DNA from: Candidatus Hydrothermarchaeota archaeon
Lineage (GTDB): Archaea; CAYFZR01
DNA length: 64,000 bases
Assembly: GCA_046760505.1 (NCBI GenBank)
Contig: JBHIEG010000002.1
Coordinates: 32,001 to 96,000, forward strand
Direction of reading: 5' to 3'
Below are positions 42,282-48,465 of the stretch, piece by piece (position 1 is the first letter of the stretch; each line of letters starts with the position of its first letter). The notes under the pieces were generated by a model. That model was not told the origin of the DNA. It ran no database searches and worked only from the letters and a program-made list of their open reading frames with translations. The position numbers and the translations under genes are program-made.

Positions 42282-42686
42282 TAGAAAAATCTTTAATCTA
42301 CCAACCTTTGGCAGTTTCACAATATGATTCTCGATGGTATAAAGTTTTCCAGATATCTTTGTGTTTTGAATTAAAAATGGACCCTTTAAACGACTTTTTC
42401 CTGAAATCGGATAGCCGACTAAATAGACCTTCCCCTTAATATCCAAGACCTCCATAATCACAGGAAAATTCATATCTACCACAACAAAATCTCCTTTTTT
42501 AATATTTATCGGACTTTCTACCAGCAGAATGTCACCACGATTTATAATCGGGCTCAGTAAATCATTTTCTTGAATATAAAAAGGTCTTTCAGTATTTAAA
42601 GCAATTACAAACGAATTAAAAATCACAAAAACAAGCAATATGCCGGATACTATAATTTTGATAAGTAACTGTAACTCTTTGCTCAT
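42264..42686 (-). CDS. degenerate S26 signal peptidase-like protein (catalytic Ser/His absent)
   Basis: TM, L.TERP, P.INRGDILLV, I.KGD.VV, I.GK and KLPKVG.LK align with 37056-37931, but the SxSM and HR motifs are missing. Confidence 0.7.
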   Translation of the reverse strand: MSKELQLLIKIIVSGILLVFVIFNSFVIALNTERPFYIQENDLLSPIINRGDILLVESPINIKKGDFVVVDMNFPVIMEVLDIKGKVYLVGYPISGKSRLKGPFLIQNTKISGKLYTIENHIVKLPKVGRLKIFLSNLPV

Positions 42687-42782
42687 TTATACCAGCTCAG
42701 CTTTGTGGGGTTTTAATCTCTTTCTTATAGCCCAAAACCCCAAAAACGTTGCGGCTCTTTCAAGATGTGATTTCCTTAGCAT
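42687..42782 (-). CDS. putative 31-aa small ORF
   Basis: MLRKSHLERAATFLGFWAIRKRLKPHKAELV; TAA directly abuts the next ATG; TATA-like CTTATA about 25 nt upstream. Confidence 0.3.
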   Translation of the reverse strand: MLRKSHLERAATFLGFWAIRKRLKPHKAELV

Positions 42783-42850
42783 GAAAAAAATTCTAAAGCG
42801 GATATAAGTATAAGATTTATCTATGGAGATGTATCTTTTCAAAAATTTCG

Positions 42851-42870
42851 GAGGGGGCTGAGCCCCTTTT
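42851..42870 (-). terminator. GC hairpin terminator after the major tetraheme cytochrome gene
   Basis: GGGGC-3nt-GCCCC about 15 nt past the stop, followed by TTTTT on the minus strand. Confidence 0.55.
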
Positions 42871-42880
42871 GTGCAAAGAA

Positions 42881-43540
42881 TTATGTCTTACTTGTTACTG
42901 TCCAACTGAACGACTGATTTGCTACGTATCCACTACCCCAAGTCACAGTATCGGTTTGTGCATTGTATGTTATATTGAAGCCCATTTTATTAGTCCACGT
43001 GATTCCTACGGGTACTTGCGTATGACATGTTACACATCCCCTAGAAGTGTTACTCATCTGGTTCAGTGCGATCTTCGCATCAGAAGCCCAACCCATGCTA
43101 CCGGTTGCGTTTCTTACCATAGGTCCGTGAGCACTAGAGTTAAGCCAGAGAACTCTGTTTGAGTAACCTGCTGCATCCCCTTTTATGTGACATCTCGCAC
43201 AATCCGAATATGTTACATTGTGGCCGTGAACACTTACAGAAGGATCGTAAGAGCCGGCATCCATGCCTTCAGTCGAATGGCACCACATGCAAGCAGTGTT
43301 GTTAATATTGCTAGCGTTCCAGTGGGGGATTGTCCCGCTACCAGCAAAATCGGCCGAGGCAGCCTCCGTTGCCTCTGCTGAATGACAACTCCTACATTTT
43401 GGAATAACCCACGTGTGACTCCCTTGATACCTTGCTAGGGTAGATGGTATTGCTACGAAGACTATTAGTACCAGCAGAGCAAGCAATAATGCAAATGCAG
43501 CTAACCTTCTCCTTGCCCTCCTCCTCATGTATTCCGCCAT
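42881..43540 (-). CDS. secreted tetraheme c-type cytochrome (candidate major nanowire subunit)
   Basis: CRSCH, CMWCH, CARCH, CVTCH; signal peptide ending PSTLA|RYQGSHTW; 8 N-x-S/T sequons; GAGGTGA RBS. Confidence 0.92.
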   Translation of the reverse strand: MAEYMRRRARRRLAAFALLLALLVLIVFVAIPSTLARYQGSHTWVIPKCRSCHSAEATEAASADFAGSGTIPHWNASNINNTACMWCHSTEGMDAGSYDPSVSVHGHNVTYSDCARCHIKGDAAGYSNRVLWLNSSAHGPMVRNATGSMGWASDAKIALNQMSNTSRGCVTCHTQVPVGITWTNKMGFNITYNAQTDTVTWGSGYVANQSFSWTVTSKT

Positions 43541-43544
43541 GTAA

Positions 43545-43610
43545 GTTTCACCTCGCTATATTATATATTAAAGCGATCCATATATATAATTTTTGATAGA
43601 TATATCTACG
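43545..43610 (-). promoter_or_regulatory. promoter of the major cytochrome (BRE/TATA, upstream palindrome, RBS)
   Basis: Minus strand reads TAGATATATCTA (12-bp palindrome, 43597-43608), then CAAAAA-TTATATATA, then GAGGTGA before the ATG. Confidence 0.6.
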
Positions 43611-43650
43611 CATTTGCTCCAAACACCGGTGATGGACGAAATATAGGTCG

Positions 43651-44190
43651 TTAACGTCTGAATAAAGATAATTTGATGATTCTTGAAAATGCCTGCAGAG
43701 ATCTAAATGCATCTCTCTTCCTTTTTTCCAGATCCGGTTTGCTTAACTTGTACTTTGTAAGAAAATTACCTTTTGCGACGGATAACTTTTCCATAAGAAG
43801 ATCAGGAGTCCTTAAAAGTCCTACCCACGGAATACGTTCGACAACCTTACCTTCAATAGCCTCAAATGGTATGAAACCATCATCCATAGGAACGTTGTCT
43901 CCTTTGGTTATCACACCTCCTTCTTTTATATTTATGATTCTGTGGGTAACAGTAGTTTTTCCTGATTTATAAACGACTATATCTCCTACGTTAAGACTTC
44001 TCTCATCAACGTCTTTGTAAACGACGATATCTCCCATCTTTAGTGCAGGTACCATACTCTCGCTTGAAACGTATGAAAAATCGTAGAGATAAAAGACAAT
44101 GAGTGTGAGGCCAATCAGCAGTAGAACAACTGTTAAAGGGACGTACCTTCCTATAGACTTAACCTTTCTAGATAAATACCGTCGCCGCAG
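43651..44190 (-). CDS. signal peptidase I (S26, SipW-like), probable CTG start
   Basis: Manual extension gives (M)RRRYLSRKVK, a TM helix, then VSSESMVP (Ser), GD, VTHRI (His), TKGDN and IEGKV..IPWVG. Confidence 0.88.
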   Translation of the reverse strand: MRRRYLSRKVKSIGRYVPLTVVLLLIGLTLIVFYLYDFSYVSSESMVPALKMGDIVVYKDVDERSLNVGDIVVYKSGKTTVTHRIINIKEGGVITKGDNVPMDDGFIPFEAIEGKVVERIPWVGLLRTPDLLMEKLSVAKGNFLTKYKLSKPDLEKRKRDAFRSLQAFSRIIKLSLFRR

Positions 44191-44193
44191 ATT

Positions 44194-44610
44194 TCATCCT
44201 CTCCATGTAAAGTTGACCTTTACATCGGTATGGCATGCCATACAGCCTTCTGATCTAGTCAATTGGCTGTGTATGCTGTTGTTTAGAGATTTAGATTGGT
44301 TAGTTCCACTATGGCAATTCATGCATTCTGTCAGAGTTACGTTATGGCCAAATTGGTGACATTCTTTGCATTGAGTTTGATTTATTTCGGTAAAGTAATA
44401 ATGAGGCCAGATAGATGATTTTGTTTTATTTAATTCCTCAACAATGTCTACGTGACAAACAACACAGTTTGGACTAGATATCCATGTGTGGGAACCCATG
44501 TACCTCGATAGGGTTGTTGGCAAAAGCAATAAGGCGATTAAAATGATTAATGAAAATGCTGCAAATATTTTAACCGTTTTCCTCAAGAATGATTTTCCCA
44601 CATAGATCAC
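44194..44610 (-). CDS. secreted tetraheme c-type cytochrome (short paralog)
   Basis: CVVCH, CKECH, CMNCH, CMACH; signal peptide ending PTTLS|RYMGSHTW; 6 N-glycosylation sequons. Confidence 0.92.
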   Translation of the reverse strand: MIYVGKSFLRKTVKIFAAFSLIILIALLLLPTTLSRYMGSHTWISSPNCVVCHVDIVEELNKTKSSIWPHYYFTEINQTQCKECHQFGHNVTLTECMNCHSGTNQSKSLNNSIHSQLTRSEGCMACHTDVKVNFTWRG

Positions 44611-45230
44611 CTGAGTAGGGCTATAAAATCATGCCAGAATGATAGATCAAAAATCTTATTTATAGCATCTCTAATCGTGGGTGATTTAATTTCATATCCA
44701 ACTGGGGTCTCAGGTTTAATTTCTTCTATTTTTTCACTTTTTCCATGACATGCATCACAAGGCTTTTTATTCTCATGTATTCCATGCAAGTCCTCACCAT
44801 GACATGCTATACAGTTATTCAATGGTTTGTAAATTTCCTCTTCACCACCGTGGCATCTTACGCAATCCACACTTATGTGTATCTCATGAGGATTAGACCC
44901 GTGACACCTCCAGCACAATTCTTTATTTCCGGAATGGGCTTTTTTATAATCATGACAAGCACACCTTATTCTCTCAAAACTCTTTGGAGAGTGGCACCAG
45001 TTGCAATCATGGATAGGGTTATCCAAATGAAACCAAGAAATGCCTATGTCGTATCTCTCATGACATGTCCTACAGTAAGTATCGAAGTGATCAGGATTGA
45101 AATGGGGTATCCTCTTGGAGAAATCCAAATTGCTATGGCAAGAAAGACAGTTCCTGCCCCTAAATTCAAGTCTTGTTAAACTTGGTGCGATCAAAAGGAC
45201 CATGATGATAAGAGCTACAAGTTTTTTCAT
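44607..45230 (-). CDS. secreted multiheme c-type cytochrome (7 CxxCH plus 1 CxCH)
   Basis: CLSCH, CRTCH, CNWCH, CACH, CWRCH, CVRCH, CIACH, CDACH; signal peptide from ATG 45230; amphipathic C-terminal tail. Confidence 0.9.
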   Translation of the reverse strand: MKKLVALIIMVLLIAPSLTRLEFRGRNCLSCHSNLDFSKRIPHFNPDHFDTYCRTCHERYDIGISWFHLDNPIHDCNWCHSPKSFERIRCACHDYKKAHSGNKELCWRCHGSNPHEIHISVDCVRCHGGEEEIYKPLNNCIACHGEDLHGIHENKKPCDACHGKSEKIEEIKPETPVGYEIKSPTIRDAINKIFDLSFWHDFIALLR

Positions 45231-45243
45231 ATAAAATAAACTA

Positions 45244-45290
45244 TACTGAGACACGCATATATCTTACGGTGTTCTCAGTAGTTTACTGAG
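45244..45290. promoter_or_regulatory. three TACTGAG half-sites upstream of the cytochrome operon
   Basis: TACTGAG 45244-45250, CTCAGTA 45274-45280, TACTGAG 45284-45290. Confidence 0.45.
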
Positions 45291-45340
45291 GCATCACCTT
45301 TTTGGTTTACAATCTCTCACTAAATATTCCAAATTAGTAT

Positions 45341-45685
45341 CTACTCTGAGATCTTTTCTTTAAATTCTCTAAGCGTATTGTTTCCCGTCTCCAACTCTTC
45401 TCTTATTATTGAAAACATTTCCATTATCATTGCAGTTCTGCCTTCTTTGTAGTTCATCTCTACCATTTGCAAAAAATATTCGACAATGGCGATGTTTTTA
45501 ACAAAAGACTCCGTAATATTTGAGTTTCTTGCCATATTCAGAAGAGAGCGGGTCATGATCAGCGTCTCTTCCAGATGGAATTCCCAGCCCTCGTCCATGT
45601 ATAAAGGATCTTCTAGTTTTTTTGTAGATTCCATTATGTTTTTAAGTGTAAGTTCCATTTTATCAATTTGGCTCTCCGAGACCAT
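45341..45685 (-). CDS. hypothetical helical protein
   Basis: 114 aa, acidic, Met-rich. Confidence 0.6.
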   Translation of the reverse strand: MVSESQIDKMELTLKNIMESTKKLEDPLYMDEGWEFHLEETLIMTRSLLNMARNSNITESFVKNIAIVEYFLQMVEMNYKEGRTAMIMEMFSIIREELETGNNTLREFKEKISE

Positions 45686-45736
45686 TAGGTAAAAAAGTGA
45701 TGATATTAAAAGAAAAATGTTTTGGTAGTGATTAGA

Positions 45737-46396
45737 ATGCTTGAAATAATCGTAGACAAGCGGGAGATGCGATCATTTATCCCGGATCTGCTAGCAGAAA
45801 AGGGCATAGGTATTAAGGTGGAGCATCTTACCGTAGCGGATTATATTGTCTCTGATAGAATCGCGGTGGAGAGAAAAGGTGTCTCTGATTTCCTGAATTC
45901 GTTGTTCAAAGGCAGGTTATTCGATCAAATAAACAGATTAAAGGATGCCTATGAAAAGCCTATTTTAGTTTTGGAAGGTCATATCTCGGAGCATCTAATC
46001 GATAGAATGATAGAGCCAAATGCAGTATGGGGATGTCTAGCTAGATTACAGATAAACATGGAGGTCCCTGTTTTTCAGACTCTCAACTCAAGAGAGACCG
46101 CTGATCTCTTGGTGACGCTATGCAAAAGAGAGCAGGAAGAAAGAAACAGAGTACCTAATATTAGACCTAAACCAAAGCTGCTTACCTTGAGAGAAAAACA
46201 GACATACTTAATAACAGGACTTCCGGAGGTTGGTCCTATGCTGGCTAAAAGACTTCTCGAGGAGTTTGGCACTCCTAGGAAAGTGCTTACATCAAACGAA
46301 AAGACCTTGACTAAAGTAAAGGGAATCGGTAAAAAAACAGCCAAAAAAATAATAGAAGTCTTAGATACGCCATATAAGAGGAGACCGTATCTATGA
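45737..46396 (+). CDS. xpf: short XPF/ERCC4 structure-specific endonuclease (nuclease plus HhH2)
   Basis: IVDKRE, ADY.....VERK...DF and HhH motifs GVGP.LA / GIG.KTA. Confidence 0.9.
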   Translation: MLEIIVDKREMRSFIPDLLAEKGIGIKVEHLTVADYIVSDRIAVERKGVSDFLNSLFKGRLFDQINRLKDAYEKPILVLEGHISEHLIDRMIEPNAVWGCLARLQINMEVPVFQTLNSRETADLLVTLCKREQEERNRVPNIRPKPKLLTLREKQTYLITGLPEVGPMLAKRLLEEFGTPRKVLTSNEKTLTKVKGIGKKTAKKIIEVLDTPYKRRPYL

Positions 46397-47460
46397 GAAT
46401 ACTTAGCGTGGACATAGGAGTGGGAACCCAGGAAATATTGTTGTACGATGAAGATACATCCATAGAAAATTGTACAAGGTTTATTCTCCCATCACCGACT
46501 AGAATCTTCGCAAATAGGGTTAGAAAAGCTACAAAAATGCGCAAAAATCTTGTCTTCTCCGGATGTACCATGGGGGGCGGACCAGTATCTAATGCGATAA
46601 ATAATCATTTAAAACATGGACTGAGAGTCATGATGACTGAAGAAAGCGCTAGAACGATTAGAGACGATATAGAACAGGTCAAATCAATGGGCATAGAAAT
46701 AATAGAAGAAAATGAAGTTGAAAATTTAAAATCTAAAGGATATGAACATATATTCACATATGACTTTGATGTCTCCAGTTTTCTTTCATGGATTAGAGCA
46801 TACGGCATTGATTTTGATTTTGACGTTCTAGCGATAGCAGTTCAGGATCACGGATTTACCAAAGGGATAAGGGACAGGATCAACCGTTTTTCTATTCTCA
46901 AAGAACTGATCCACAAAAATAATAGAGATCTAAGAACTCTTGCCTGGATAGACAATGTTCCTTCCCATCTAACAAGAATGAAATCTCTGTTAGATTTCGT
47001 AAAATCTTCCATTTCTAAAAAAATTCTCTTGTTGGACACAGGTATCGCCGCGATGCTCGGAATATTATCTGATCCCTCTTGCTTTTCCGATCCTGCCATT
47101 CTTGTGAATGTAGGCAACGGACACACGATTTGCTGTACTATAGAAGATAGACGCATCTTAGGAATGTTCGAGCATCATTCTAGATTTATTACCCCAAAAA
47201 AATTTGATTTATTGGTTAAACGTCTCTGCGAAGGTACTCTTTCAAATGAGGATGTACTAAACGACGGAGGGCATGGCGCCTTAGTTTTTGAGACTGTTGA
47301 CTATGAAAAAGTGAGAATGACCTCCGTGGTAGGACCAAATAGAGAGTTACTCAGGACTTGCAATAAAGTCTCCTTAGTCTCGCCCAAGGGGGATACCATG
47401 ATGTCTGGACCCTTTGGACTCGTATACGCGTGTAAATACAATTTGGGGAGAGAAACATGA
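46393..47460 (+). CDS. DUF1786 family protein (actin-like/ASKHA fold)
   Basis: DIGVGTQ, TMGGGP, AVQDHG, DTG.AA, NVGNGHT, FEHH and DGGHG motifs. Confidence 0.85.
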   Translation: MRILSVDIGVGTQEILLYDEDTSIENCTRFILPSPTRIFANRVRKATKMRKNLVFSGCTMGGGPVSNAINNHLKHGLRVMMTEESARTIRDDIEQVKSMGIEIIEENEVENLKSKGYEHIFTYDFDVSSFLSWIRAYGIDFDFDVLAIAVQDHGFTKGIRDRINRFSILKELIHKNNRDLRTLAWIDNVPSHLTRMKSLLDFVKSSISKKILLLDTGIAAMLGILSDPSCFSDPAILVNVGNGHTICCTIEDRRILGMFEHHSRFITPKKFDLLVKRLCEGTLSNEDVLNDGGHGALVFETVDYEKVRMTSVVGPNRELLRTCNKVSLVSPKGDTMMSGPFGLVYACKYNLGRET

Positions 47461-48170
47461 AGGGTTATCTATTAGAACATCTTACTTGGAGAGATACGGA
47501 ATCTCTCCTGCCAAATAAGGTGGTCTTAATACCGATTGGCGCTACCGAAGAGCACGGATATCATCTTCCGCTTGGCACAGACACAACAATCGTTAGTGAA
47601 ATAGCAAAGAAATTAGCGGAAGAAATAGACGTAATTGTTGCTCCTACCATTTCCTACGGAAACTCTTTGAGTTTAATGGACTGGTCTGGAACGGTTTCTC
47701 TCGAGCCAGAAACCATCATCAAGATGTTGGAAGATACGATGATGTCTTTAATAAAACATGGAGTGAAGAAAATAATTTTCTTAAACGGTCACGGAGGAAA
47801 TACTAGTGCGATAAAGATTGCTGGAAAGAGAGTTAATTCCAAGACTGGAGCAAAAATAATCCTTATAAACTGGTGGGAATTGATAGAAGAAAGGATCAAG
47901 GAGGTTTGTGAGAAAGAAGGATTGCACGCTGGAGAGGCAGAGACCTCCCTGATGCTTGCGCTGAGATCGGATTTAGTCAGGAGTAGAGATATGAAAGAAG
48001 AACAAAGAACGTTAAAAAAGATCAAGAAAATCCATATTCTTGAGAAATTTCACATAGAAGACATACCAAGCGGTACAATAGGCGATCCTTCACTGGCAAG
48101 CGAAAAAAAAGGTAAAATACTATTGGAAACGATAATAAAAGAAGTTAAACGTATAATAAAAGACTTTTAA
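47457..48170 (+). CDS. creatininase/creatinine amidohydrolase family protein
   Basis: GATEEHGYHLPLGTD, NGHGGN, HAGEAETS and GDP motifs. Confidence 0.92.
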   Translation: MKGYLLEHLTWRDTESLLPNKVVLIPIGATEEHGYHLPLGTDTTIVSEIAKKLAEEIDVIVAPTISYGNSLSLMDWSGTVSLEPETIIKMLEDTMMSLIKHGVKKIIFLNGHGGNTSAIKIAGKRVNSKTGAKIILINWWELIEERIKEVCEKEGLHAGEAETSLMLALRSDLVRSRDMKEEQRTLKKIKKIHILEKFHIEDIPSGTIGDPSLASEKKGKILLETIIKEVKRIIKDF

Positions 48171-48183
48171 ATGGAGGAAGATC

Positions 48184-48465
48184 ATGAGGTACAAAGTAAG
48201 GAAAATATATTTAACCAAAGCATTTAAAAATTTGTTGCTCGTCTACTGCTTTTTTGGTCTCTTTTTGGGTATTTTAATCGGATCGCTGGTTAAATTTACA
48301 AACATCGGATACTTTGGTAAATCTGCATATTTTATCTCTTTGTTGGGCGGACTGATTGGAATAATTTGCGGGTTTTTATTTACTTTAGCGAGTACAATAC
48401 TGCTCGCTTTTTATAACTTTGCAGCAGATAGGGCAGTAATGTTCGAATTAGAATTAGAGGCTTAG
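48184..48465 (+). CDS. small membrane protein (DUF3566-like)
   Basis: 2 TM then YN..A....E.E pattern; GGAGG RBS. Confidence 0.6.
   Translation: MRYKVRKIYLTKAFKNLLLVYCFFGLFLGILIGSLVKFTNIGYFGKSAYFISLLGGLIGIICGFLFTLASTILLAFYNFAADRAVMFELELEA

Noticed and set aside
43490-43540. Tat signal in MRRRARRR of the major cytochrome
   Set aside because: No (S/T)RRxFLK consensus, and c-type apocytochromes are Sec substrates; read as a basic n-region.
44188-44196. Selenocysteine or readthrough at the in-frame TGA fusing cytochrome and peptidase
   Set aside because: The position is not Cys-like and no SECIS-like element was seen. A fusion would put the basic RRR/RK segment outside and the peptidase in the cytoplasm. 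A CTG start is simpler.
42869-45179. Cys/Met-rich plus-strand ORFs (42869-43162, 43187-43381, 44099-44359, 44745-45179)
   Set aside because: Antisense shadows of the cytochrome genes; no RBS or motifs.
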